Of a stretch of DNA of 41,622 nt, positions 7,134 to 14,765 are shown piece after piece. Every line of letters starts with the position of its first letter. Position 1 is the first letter of the stretch. The notes under the pieces were generated by a model. The model worked only from the letters and a program-made list of their open reading frames with translations. It made no database searches and was not told the DNA's origin. The stretch spans positions 1 to 41,622 of IMG/VR virus record IMGVR_UViG_3300033565_000085, one strand, 5' to 3'. The position numbers and the translations under genes are program-made. This DNA comes from a virus (taxonomy: Duplodnaviria; Caudoviricetes).

Positions 7134-7911
7134 GTCGCACCTCTTCAACGCTGTGGCCGGCGGTGCCGGCAATGAGTTCGATGAACCACGGGACGTGGCC
7201 GGCGGGGAGCTTGCGCAGGTTGAGGCGCACGGGGTGGCGCACGATGTAGTCGCGCAGGTTGCGCTCGGTGATGACGTACTGCGCGGGGTGGCCGTCGGTG
7301 CGGGTGACGTAGTCGGTGTTGGGCTTGGCCACTACCAGGCCGGCACGGACGTCGCGCAGCAACGTGGAGGGGTCCATGCCCAGCATGGTGGCGGCTTGGC
7401 TGATGGTGTAGGTGTCGCCGGCCTGGCGGTGGATGCCGTGGCGTTTACGCTGCACGGCAATGGCGGTGGCGGTGCGCCGGTAGCCGGCGCGCCTGAGCGC
7501 GCGTTGCACGGCGGCGGGCGCGAGCGTGTTGGTGTCGCGCAGGATGGCGATTTCCTCGGCGCACCAGTACGGTTCGCGGAAGCGCGGCGTGGTGAGCCCG
7601 AGGTCGCGGGCGCGGCGACTCACCCACCAGACGGGGCGCGCCAGGCGCTTGGCCAGCGCCACCACGTCGCCTCGTTTCATCGGCCGCTGGTGGGCGGCGC
7701 GGATCGCATCGTTCATGCCCGGCTCCAGTTTCCATGACTCGCGCACCAGCGGCTGGCCAGCGCAGCGCAGGCCCAGCGTGTGGGCGCGGTTGTAGATGGC
7801 ACTGCGCGTGCGGTGCGGCAGGGCGGCCAGCACGGCGTCGATGCCGCCGGTGGGGTAGCGCTCGCGCACGATGGCCAGCTCGGTGGTTGTCCAGAAGTTG
7901 CGTTCAGCCAT
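7126..7911 (-). CDS. DNA-binding protein with repeated W-initiated helical motifs and C-terminal HTH
   Basis: WTTTELAIVRERY, WCAEEIAILRD repeats; YTISQAATMLGMDPSTLLRDVRAG HTH; start ATG 7911. Confidence 0.65.
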   Translation of the reverse strand: MAERNFWTTTELAIVRERYPTGGIDAVLAALPHRTRSAIYNRAHTLGLRCAGQPLVRESWKLEPGMNDAIRAAHQRPMKRGDVVALAKRLARPVWWVSRRARDLGLTTPRFREPYWCAEEIAILRDTNTLAPAAVQRALRRAGYRRTATAIAVQRKRHGIHRQAGDTYTISQAATMLGMDPSTLLRDVRAGLVVAKPNTDYVTRTDGHPAQYVITERNLRDYIVRHPVRLNLRKLPAGHVPWFIELIAGTAGHSVEEVRHG

Positions 7912-8233
7912 GGACGGGCACATCGCTGTCGTATCGGTTGGCGGCGGCCAATGCGGCACGCACCCCTTCTTTGATCGACGCGTTGAGCGCGGCGACGGTG
8001 GGGTGGCCTTCCGGATCGGTCTCCATCGCCATGCGCGCCACGCAGGCAACCTTGTAGGCGTGCACGGCGTGCTCAAGCAGGCCATCGGCGGGTTTTTCGT
8101 CGCCGATCGCGATGCACAGTTGCGCGACCAGCTCCATGGCTTTCTCGGTCGGCAGATACTTGTAGTCGCTGCCGATATAGACGGCGATGCGACCATCGGG
8201 CAGCGCGCACGCGATGGGTTTGAGTTCAGGCAC
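7904..8233 (-). CDS. hypothetical phage protein
   Basis: 109 aa, overlaps both neighbours. Confidence 0.6.
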   Translation of the reverse strand: MPELKPIACALPDGRIAVYIGSDYKYLPTEKAMELVAQLCIAIGDEKPADGLLEHAVHAYKVACVARMAMETDPEGHPTVAALNASIKEGVRAALAAANRYDSDVPVHG

Positions 8234-8399
8234 GGTGGATCCTCATGGTGACGCGCCGGCCTTCCAGACGGTGATCGAAGCGGCGGCGGATGGTGGTCAG
8301 TGGTGCCAGCCACGGATGGCGGGTGTGGAAGCGTTGTTGCAGGCGGTGGTGGACGCTTTGGTCGGCGATGTGGCCGATGTTGATGACGGTGCCGTTCAT
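8226..8399 (-). CDS. small hypothetical protein
   Basis: MNGTVINIGH..., ATGA overlap with upstream gene. Confidence 0.5.
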   Translation of the reverse strand: MNGTVINIGHIADQSVHHRLQQRFHTRHPWLAPLTTIRRRFDHRLEGRRVTMRIHRA

Positions 8400-8608
8400 G
8401 GTTTGGCTTTCCCCTTCGTGGTGGTTTTGCGCAGGGCCTGCATCTTGGTTTTGCACTGGGTGCAGATGCTGCGGCCGCGCCAGGTGGTGGGTGGCGATTT
8501 GGTGTAGTGATTGGAGGATGAGCAGTACCACTCGCCGGTGACGCGCAGCACGGCGGCGCGCAGGCGCTTGGCCTCGGCGGCGGTGGTGTCTTGGCCGGGG
8601 CGCTTCAT
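8396..8608 (-). CDS. small putative Zn-finger protein
   Basis: YCSSSNH...ICTQC; ATGA overlaps at both ends. Confidence 0.55.
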   Translation of the reverse strand: MKRPGQDTTAAEAKRLRAAVLRVTGEWYCSSSNHYTKSPPTTWRGRSICTQCKTKMQALRKTTTKGKAKP

Positions 8609-8931
8609 GCCGCGGCCTCGGTGGCCTGGTGGACGGTGCGCAGCGCGAAGGCCGCGCGCGCCTGGCGCAGGTCGTCGGTGATGTCGCTGGCGGTGCACGG
8701 GAACGCGGCGCGGCAGGGCTTGCGGTAGGTGTTGACGACCTGGTCGCGTGCATGGCGCCGCATGGCGATGGCGCGCTGGTGGTGGGCCAGCGCGAGGTAG
8801 ACGCAGCCGTCGTCGTCCACCCAACAGATGAAGGTCTGACCGTCGGAGGCCAGGCGCACGCGGTAGACGATCGCCACAGCGAGGATGGCGAGGTTGCCGG
8901 CGATGTGGCCGATGGGGCGGAGGGGTGACAT
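8605..8931 (-). CDS. hypothetical phage protein
   Basis: 108 aa, operon packing. Confidence 0.6.
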   Translation of the reverse strand: MSPLRPIGHIAGNLAILAVAIVYRVRLASDGQTFICWVDDDGCVYLALAHHQRAIAMRRHARDQVVNTYRKPCRAAFPCTASDITDDLRQARAAFALRTVHQATEAAA

Positions 8932-8933
8932 GG

Positions 8934-9197
8934 TTAGTCCAGCCCGGTTTCGGCGGGCGCATTGCGGAAAATCTCAGCGATGCGTTCGAACGCCACCGCC
9001 ATCTGCCACCGGCGATGCGTCGATTTCGGCAGCCAGAAGGTCACGGCGGAACGGTCGTCATCTTCGGGTGGGTGATGGAGCATCGGCGAGGAATGAAGCA
9101 CCAGTTGCGCCGCGTGATATACGGCGCCGGTGTTCGATACCTTCGACACCTCGATCACCTCGGATGTCAGTTCCTGGCTGTAGACGTTGATCCGCAT
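8934..9197 (-). CDS. hypothetical phage protein
   Basis: MRINVYSQELT..., GGAG RBS. Confidence 0.65.
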   Translation of the reverse strand: MRINVYSQELTSEVIEVSKVSNTGAVYHAAQLVLHSSPMLHHPPEDDDRSAVTFWLPKSTHRRWQMAVAFERIAEIFRNAPAETGLD

Positions 9198-9246
9198 GCG
9201 GGGCTCCCGGGGAGAGCCGGCGCCGCCGAAGCGGCGCCGGGATGGG

Positions 9247-10086
9247 TTACGGTGTGAAGGTGCCGAGGGTCAGGCTGCTGGCCGCGCCGAGCTTGGCGGC
9301 CAGGCGGTCGCGGAAATCCTTGGCGATGGCTTCGGTGATGGCTTCGGCCTGCTGGATGCGAAGCACCAGGGTGAGTTTGTCGCCGCCGGTGTTGACGCCC
9401 AGGCGCAGGGTGAAGGTGCGCTCCTGCAGGCCGTCGAACGGCACAGCCTTGAACAGGAAGCCGCTGGGCAGCACCAGCTTGCTCTTGGCGTCCACGCTCT
9501 CCATGGCGCTGCGGGTGGCGCCCATGTCGCGTTCAACGCTGTTGACGCTGCGCGCGGTATCGATGGTGATATCGCGCACGGCGGCGAGGGCGGCGCTGTA
9601 CGGCTTTCCGGCATCGGCCTCGCCGTTGTAGAGCGGGAAGATGTTGTCGCGCCAGTCCTCGAGGAAATCGTGCAGCTCCCGCTGGCCGAGCGGCTTGCTG
9701 CAGGCGTCGCGCATGGCGGCGTAGGCGGCGGTGGGCTTGAGGGCGAGCGTGGCCAGGTGATCGCCGTGGCCCGGGTGTTCGTGGTCGCCGAGGTTGAAGA
9801 AGACCGTGGCGGTCATTTTGTCGGTGTCGATGAAGCCTTGGGCCGGCGCGAGGTCGGCGGCGCTTTCGTGGCGCGTGACGACGAAATCGGCGAAGTCCTG
9901 CAGGGCGGTGCTGGTGAACTTGCCGCGCAGGCGACTGCGGCCGGGCTGCAGGTGTTCCAGGCTTTCCACGCGCTGGGTGCCGTCGCGCGAGGTGAGGATG
10001 ATGGCCGGGGTGTCGGTGTCGAGCACGTTGGCGCGATCGGCTTCGGTGGCCAACTGGGCGATGCGGTCGATGGCGGAGCTATCCAT
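9247..10086 (-). CDS. DUF2303 / YfdQ family protein
   Basis: VESLEHLQPGRSRLRGKFTST, FNLGDHEHPGHGDH, FLEDW, RSAMESVDAKS, VPFDGL motifs. Confidence 0.85.
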   Translation of the reverse strand: MDSSAIDRIAQLATEADRANVLDTDTPAIILTSRDGTQRVESLEHLQPGRSRLRGKFTSTALQDFADFVVTRHESAADLAPAQGFIDTDKMTATVFFNLGDHEHPGHGDHLATLALKPTAAYAAMRDACSKPLGQRELHDFLEDWRDNIFPLYNGEADAGKPYSAALAAVRDITIDTARSVNSVERDMGATRSAMESVDAKSKLVLPSGFLFKAVPFDGLQERTFTLRLGVNTGGDKLTLVLRIQQAEAITEAIAKDFRDRLAAKLGAASSLTLGTFTP

Positions 10087-10137
10087 GGTGGGTTCCTGTG
10101 GTGGGGTAGGCAGGGCGGCGCGGCGAGCTGGCCGGGG

Positions 10138-10500
10138 TCAGTCGGCGGCGGGGCCGGCGGACGATGCTGCCGGTTCCGCCGAGCGCTGGAACATGTCGGT
10201 CTGCGACTCGGGGAACAGGCTGAGCACGCCGCCGCGACCCACGTGCAGCGGGGTGCTGGTGGTGGCTTCTTCGAGCACGCGGCCCTTGGTGGTCGGCTTG
10301 GCGTACTTCACCTGGTGCTTGCAGGTGACCTGACTGCTGTCGCCGATGCGCTCCAGATCCAGCGTGATGGTGACTTTGCCTTTCTTGCCGGTGGTGACCA
10401 CGCCCATGGCGGTGTCGCGCAGCGCGGCGCTGAGGCGCTCGACAAAGATGCCGGCGTCGAGGTCGTTGAACAGGGTGGTTACATCGGTGGGTTTGCTCAC
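10138..10500 (-). CDS. YfdP-like partner of DUF2303 protein
   Basis: TDVTTLFNDLDAGIF...KKGKVTITLD...KPTTKG...TPLHVGRGGVLS; typical upstream neighbour of DUF2303. Confidence 0.75.
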   Translation of the reverse strand: MSKPTDVTTLFNDLDAGIFVERLSAALRDTAMGVVTTGKKGKVTITLDLERIGDSSQVTCKHQVKYAKPTTKGRVLEEATTSTPLHVGRGGVLSLFPESQTDMFQRSAEPAASSAGPAAD

Positions 10501-10665
10501 GGGGTTGCCTCGGTAGGTGCGGCCTGGCCGCGGAAGGAAGGAGACAGATCAGCGCTCGGCAGGGCCGTGGGGGCCGGCACTCGCGCTAGGGGGAACGCGT
10601 GCCGAGCGCTGATCTGTGCTGCGTGAGCCGACGCAGCGGCGGTGGGTGGGTGGCCGAAAAGCCGA

Positions 10666-11106
10666 TTACTGACTGGACGCCGACGGCGACACCGAACGCA
10701 CGGCCCGGACGCGGCCCTGGAGGTACTGGGAGCTGAGGTTGCAATTGCCGTAGTGGAAAAAGACGCACCACGCGAAGTCCGAAGGGGACTCCGCATCGAC
10801 GGTGCTGGACCAATACCAGCCGCCGCTGCAGGACGGGAACGCATCGGTGTCGATCGCGGGATGGTGGCGGCTGCGATCGACCAGGGTCAGCAATTCGTCG
10901 GCGGTCGGCAGGCGCCAATCCGTGAAACCGGCGTACGCTTTCCGGTTGAGGCCTTTGACCAGGGCGGGCGCGTTGCCGAAGGTCGCGGTGCCGGCATCCT
11001 TGGCCGTCCACATCAGGTTGTGGCGCGGATCGACGACGGCGACGTGGGTCTTGGCGGTGGTCTTGGCCGGCTTGCCGGTGGCGGTGATCTTCTGGAAATG
11101 GTTCAT
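10666..11106 (-). CDS. DUF1566 (Lcl C-terminal, C-type-lectin fold) protein
   Basis: VVDPRHNLMW, GFTDWRLPTADELLTLVD, YWSST, AWCVFFHYG, VRAVR. Confidence 0.88.
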   Translation of the reverse strand: MNHFQKITATGKPAKTTAKTHVAVVDPRHNLMWTAKDAGTATFGNAPALVKGLNRKAYAGFTDWRLPTADELLTLVDRSRHHPAIDTDAFPSCSGGWYWSSTVDAESPSDFAWCVFFHYGNCNLSSQYLQGRVRAVRSVSPSASSQ

Positions 11107-11282
11107 GGCTGGTCCTCGGCCTGCACGTCGAGTGCGGCGCGGTGGTGGATGGATGCGGTGACGTCGAGCAGGTGCGCGACGTAGCGCGGCGAGGGGACGT
11201 CGGGTTCGGTGAAACGCGGGTCGCCATGCAGTTCGCGCAGCAGGGCATCGCTGGCGTCGAGGTCGGGGCACCAGCTGGTCAT
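11103..11282 (-). CDS. small hypothetical protein (59 aa, not in ORF track)
   Basis: MTSWCPDLDASDALLRELHGDPRF...; ATGA overlaps at both ends fill the operon gap exactly. Confidence 0.55.
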   Translation of the reverse strand: MTSWCPDLDASDALLRELHGDPRFTEPDVPSPRYVAHLLDVTASIHHRAALDVQAEDQP

Positions 11283-11602
11283 GCGTTGGCACCTTGGAGC
11301 GGCCCGGCGGCGAGCACGGCTTTGCAGCGGCGGTTGTCGGCGCGGATGAACGCTTCGGTCAGTTCGCGGGCGTTGAATATCTGCGCGGCTAGGTAACCGC
11401 GTTCGCTGATGGTGCGGTAGAAGTTCTCCAGCGCAGCGAGCGCGAGGTCGTAGGCCTTGTTGGCGTCGATCAGCTCGGCCACGGCGGCGCGGACGGATTT
11501 CACTCGTTCGGCTCGTTCGTCATCGCCGCGGCCTTCGCTGCTGCGATATAGCCAGTCGTGCGTTTCGTCCAACACCGCCAGCGCATTCACCGGCCCGCTC
11601 AC
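11279..11602 (-). CDS. hypothetical phage protein
   Basis: GTG start overlapping the upstream TGA; helical sequence. Confidence 0.55.
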   Translation of the reverse strand: MSGPVNALAVLDETHDWLYRSSEGRGDDERAERVKSVRAAVAELIDANKAYDLALAALENFYRTISERGYLAAQIFNARELTEAFIRADNRRCKAVLAAGPLQGANA

Positions 11603-11958
11603 GACAGCCACCCACAGAAAAGCGCGATCCACGCCCCAGCGCCAGCGCCGAAAAAGACGGCCACCGTCACTTTCATGTGGATCGGCGCGGCGGCGACTTC
11701 GGCAGCGATCTGTTTCCAGACGCGTTTGCCGGCCGCGATTTCTGCTCGGATGCGATCGCGCAGCGAGAGCGGGGCGGGTTGTCGCCAGGCGCGCAGCACG
11801 CGGTCGCGCTCGGCGCAGCGCATGGCGCGTTCGCGGCTGCCGAGGTAACGCGCGGCGCGAGTATCGACCTTGGCCTGGCGGGCAGCGAGCATGCGTTCCA
11901 GCGCGATCTGCTGGCGGATGTCCGCGATGTGGCGGATTTCGGTGGGGCGAGTGTTCAT
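11599..11958 (-). CDS. hypothetical protein with C-terminal membrane anchor
   Basis: VTVAVFFGAGAGAWIALFCGWL hydrophobic tail. Confidence 0.6.
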   Translation of the reverse strand: MNTRPTEIRHIADIRQQIALERMLAARQAKVDTRAARYLGSRERAMRCAERDRVLRAWRQPAPLSLRDRIRAEIAAGKRVWKQIAAEVAAAPIHMKVTVAVFFGAGAGAWIALFCGWLS

Positions 11959-12164
11959 GCTTGACCTCGAAAGCGGCGATCCGCCTCGTCAAACAAGGCG
12001 TCCTCTTCGGAAGTGGTGAGTGGCACGCGCATGCCCTGGGCGCGCATGGCATCGCGGATGCGCTGGGCCAGCTCCGGGTCCGTGGTGCCATCGGTGGGGT
12101 GCTGGCTGAATGTCAGCCCCTGATGGTGCGCATCGAACGCACGCAGGTCGATGGTGGCGGGCAT
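11955..12164 (-). CDS. hypothetical phage protein
   Basis: MPATIDLRAF...; operon packing. Confidence 0.5.
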   Translation of the reverse strand: MPATIDLRAFDAHHQGLTFSQHPTDGTTDPELAQRIRDAMRAQGMRVPLTTSEEDALFDEADRRFRGQA

Positions 12165-12166
12165 GG

Positions 12167-12436
12167 TCAGGCGACCTTGCGACGGCGCGGTGCGCGCAAC
12201 GGCAGGGCCAGTTGGGCAAAGTCGCTGCCCCACTCGGCCTCGGCGGCGGTGATGGTGTGGTGCTTGGCCGTTCGCGCGCCGCAGCGACATTCCAGGCTGT
12301 GGCGCTGGCCAGCGGCGATGAACTGCACGGGCTCTTTGCTGCTGCGGCCGCTGCTGCTGATATGGCGTGGCTCGGTGCCGCACTGGCGGCAACGCGCGAA
12401 GCGGCCGGTGGGGTGGGTGATGACGCGTTCGATCAT
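12167..12436 (-). CDS. first gene of leftward operon, putative Zn-ribbon protein
   Basis: GGGAGG RBS; CRQC...ECRCG. Confidence 0.65.
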   Translation of the reverse strand: MIERVITHPTGRFARCRQCGTEPRHISSSGRSSKEPVQFIAAGQRHSLECRCGARTAKHHTITAAEAEWGSDFAQLALPLRAPRRRKVA

Positions 12437-12474
12437 GGTGACCTCCCTGGCCGCTGGAGGGCGGCGCGAGAGTG

Positions 12475-12517
12475 ACTTTAGGCCAAACCTAAAACCATTG
12501 CAATAGGCTTAGCCTAA
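12475..12517 (-). promoter_or_regulatory. PL-like promoter with two operators
   Basis: minus strand TTGCAA, 17 nt, TAAAGT; operators TTAGGccaaaCCTAA (12478-12492) and ATAGGcttagCCTAA (12503-12517). Confidence 0.8.
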
Positions 12518-12607
12518 TTCTTTTCGACGTGCGTGTTAGGCTCGCGAACGCCCTGCAGCCGCCACGTGCGGTTTGCGGCACACTCTGATCATGGAAAGGA
12601 GGTGCAT

Positions 12608-12913
12608 GTGGACGACGTGACGTTGTGGTGGATGGTGAGTGCGGGCGTCGGTTTGGTCGTGGGCGTGGTGATCGGCACGGCAAAACATCGCGCGGTAGCG
12701 GGCGCGATATGGGGCGGACTGCTTGGCCCGGTCGGCTGGTTGATCGTGGCGATCGGGCCGGATGCAGCGCAGCGGCGTGCGAAACGCTGTCCGCATTGCT
12801 TGGGCTTGCTACCGGTGCAGCAGTCGCAGTGTGCGCACTGCAATCGTCGTGTGGTGTGGGTGCGGGGCGAGCCGCGCAAGCCTTCGGGTGCGGCTCAGTC
12901 CATCAGTCACTGA
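12608..12913 (+). CDS. membrane protein with zinc ribbon (immunity-region accessory gene)
   Basis: AAGGAGG RBS before GTG 12608; two hydrophobic segments then CPHC-x9-CAHC. Confidence 0.7.
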   Translation: MDDVTLWWMVSAGVGLVVGVVIGTAKHRAVAGAIWGGLLGPVGWLIVAIGPDAAQRRAKRCPHCLGLLPVQQSQCAHCNRRVVWVRGEPRKPSGAAQSISH

Positions 12914-13088
12914 ACCGAGGGGCCAGCAGGCGCCGGATGTGCTCGCGGATTTCGCGGGGTGCGGCTCGATACTGCAGGATCACTTGCACTTCGTGGGCCG
13001 ACAGATCCTGTCGCCGCTCGGCGGCCATGCTTTCGGTAGTTGTTTCGCTGGATGATGGTTCGGCGCAGGCCGTCTGGTCCATTTGCAT
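12903..13088 (-). CDS. small protein resembling the repressor C-terminal domain
   Basis: GGGGA RBS; LSAHEVQVILQYRAA resembles LSAEEQAVLRGYQAA in the repressor. Confidence 0.55.
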   Translation of the reverse strand: MQMDQTACAEPSSSETTTESMAAERRQDLSAHEVQVILQYRAAPREIREHIRRLLAPRFSD

Positions 13089-13153
13089 GATGATTCGTCC
13101 CCTGTAGAGATTTCATCATGCCAGCGATTTTCGAACCTACAAATCAGGGTATG

Positions 13154-13579
13154 TCAACGCTTTTTCCCGCGTGGCGCAGCGGGCTGATGTTTCACGCCCA
13201 ACGCTGCATCAACAACAGCGCGCAATGCACTGTCGGCGGCCTGGTAGCCACGCAATACGGCCTGTTCTTCCGCTGACAGCTTGATGCCGGTGACGTAGGC
13301 CGGGGGGTCACTGTCGGCGACGGTGCCTCTCTTGGGGCCTTCGCCGAAGTAGAGCCATTCAAAGCGCACGCCGTAAAACGCCGCGATCCGGCGTGCACGG
13401 GGTGGGTCAGGCAGGTTGCGGCCGTTGAGCCAGGCCGTGGCGCTGGGGACCGATACCTTGAATCGGCGCGCCAGCCGGGAACCGGCACCGTAGCCGGCGT
13501 CGTCGCCAGCATCGGCCATCGCCTCTTTGAGGCGCGTCGCGAAGTCCATCGGGTCATGCGCTGGCGCGTGCTTAGTCAT
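13154..13579 (-). CDS. CI-like XRE HTH repressor (no S24 peptidase domain)
   Basis: FATRLKEAM...LARRFKVSVPSATAWLNGRNLPD...IAAFYGVRFEWLYFGEG; divergent from cro. Confidence 0.88.
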   Translation of the reverse strand: MTKHAPAHDPMDFATRLKEAMADAGDDAGYGAGSRLARRFKVSVPSATAWLNGRNLPDPPRARRIAAFYGVRFEWLYFGEGPKRGTVADSDPPAYVTGIKLSAEEQAVLRGYQAADSALRAVVDAALGVKHQPAAPRGKKR

Positions 13580-13647
13580 TGCCTAAATTGTCCCCGAACG
13601 GTGGTTAGGTTCGCCCTGTTGCAATTGTTTTAGGCACGGCCTAACAT
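13572..13647 (+). promoter_or_regulatory. PR-like promoter with three operators
   Basis: TTGCAA (13619-13624), 17 nt, TAACAT (13642-13647); operators 13572-13586, 13605-13619 and 13630-13644 match TTAGG-N5-CCTAA with 1, 2 and 0 mismatches. Confidence 0.8.
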
Positions 13648-13657
13648 CACCAGCACT

Positions 13658-13891
13658 ATGCATAACCCACACCTCGACCGTGCCTGCGCGTTGCTGGGCA
13701 GCCAAGACCGCCTTGCTGCCGCCTTGAATATCAAGTCGCCTTCCATTTCGGAGTGGCGGCAGCGGGGCCAAGTGCCGGTCAAACGGTGCCTCGCGATTGA
13801 GGAGCTGACCGGTGGCGAGGTGACGTGTCACCAGTTGCGGCCGGACCTGTTTCCGGCGCCGGCGTCGGCAGCGTTGCAGATGGCGGGATGA
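13658..13891 (+). CDS. Cro-like (YdaS family) regulator
   Basis: GSQDRLAAALNIKSPSISEW...VPVKRCLAIEELTGGEVTCHQLRPDLF. Confidence 0.9.
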   Translation: MHNPHLDRACALLGSQDRLAAALNIKSPSISEWRQRGQVPVKRCLAIEELTGGEVTCHQLRPDLFPAPASAALQMAG

Positions 13892-13940
13892 GTGCGTTTT
13901 CGGTGCGGCGTTCATGCGCCGCATTTTTTCAGGCATGCAG

Positions 13941-13976
13941 GGGTTTTCTTGGGAACACGTGTTCCCAAGAAAACCC
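13941..13976. repeat. 36-bp perfect palindrome
   Basis: GGGTTTTCTTGGGAACAC|GTGTTCCCAAGAAAACCC. Confidence 0.95.
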
Positions 13977-13988
13977 AAGGGGCAAGCG

Positions 13989-14372
13989 ATGCAGCAGATG
14001 AGTTTGACATTCGAACCTGGACTTTCCGCGAAATCGCGCTGCCTGCGGGACCACCTGACCGGCCAGGTGCACCAGCGTGGCTTGGTGACCGTGGCGGGAA
14101 AGATGGATCTGTCGCCATCGCGGCTTACCGAAAAACTCGCCGGGGTGGACAGCTCCGGCAAGGTCCGCGGCATGACGCTCGATGAGCTGGAGACCTACAT
14201 CGACAAGACCGGCGACGTGTCGCCGGTGTATTACCTGGCCGACAAGTATCTGCGCGATCCGGCGGCGACCCAGCAAGAGGCGTTGGCCAAGCTTGCCGCG
14301 CTGGCGGATGTGCTGCCGGGGCTGATGGCGGCAGCCGGCCTGAGTTCGGCCGCGCCGAAGCGGGGTCGCTGA
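13989..14372 (+). CDS. CII-like phage regulatory protein
   Basis: position after cro; VAGKMDLSPSRLTEKL HTH; AAGGGG RBS. Confidence 0.65.
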   Translation: MQQMSLTFEPGLSAKSRCLRDHLTGQVHQRGLVTVAGKMDLSPSRLTEKLAGVDSSGKVRGMTLDELETYIDKTGDVSPVYYLADKYLRDPAATQQEALAKLAALADVLPGLMAAAGLSSAAPKRGR

Positions 14373-14373
14373 C

Positions 14374-14592
14374 ATGGATGTGATCGAGGCGGCGCAGCGG
14401 CGGCAGCAGGACGACATCGACCACGCTCTGGCTGGCCGCGCGCCGCGGAAGGCGGGTCGGGCGACATGCGCAAACCTGGACTGCGGCGCGCTGATCCTGC
14501 CGGTGCGCCAGCAGATGGGCGCGCAGTTGTGCATCGCGTGCCAGCGCGACGCCGAGCGTGAGGCGCAGCGATGCGCGCGCGGAGCGGTCTGA
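14374..14592 (+). CDS. TraR/DksA C4 zinc-finger protein
   Basis: MDVIEAAQ...CANLDCG...LCIACQ. Confidence 0.85.
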   Translation: MDVIEAAQRRQQDDIDHALAGRAPRKAGRATCANLDCGALILPVRQQMGAQLCIACQRDAEREAQRCARGAV

Positions 14593-14765
14593 CATGCCGG
14601 TATCGCAAGCCGCTGCCGTCACGCACGGCAATCGAAACCATCGCCGCCATCCAGCGGATGCTGGAGCAGGGCAGCACGCCGGAAGAATTGGCGCAGGCGC
14701 GCGCGAGCCTGGATGCACTGAACCAGCCCCGCCAACGTCAACTGCCCTTGGCGGCGCGCCGGTGA
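14571..14765 (+). CDS. small hypothetical protein
   Basis: fills operon gap; GTGA overlap with next gene. Confidence 0.45.
   Translation: MRARSGLTCRYRKPLPSRTAIETIAAIQRMLEQGSTPEELAQARASLDALNQPRQRQLPLAARR

Noticed and set aside
10666-11106. Complete DGR in this window
   Set aside because: No reverse transcriptase, avd gene or AAC-rich template repeat was found.
13100-13157. Separate promoter or SOS box for the 61-aa gene (TTGACA over the cI stop; TGTAG...CTACA dyad)
   Set aside because: No -10 at a proper spacing and no complete LexA-type box; too weak to call.
13941-13976. Protelomerase target (telRL)
   Set aside because: No protelomerase gene is present and the phage is tRNA-integrated.
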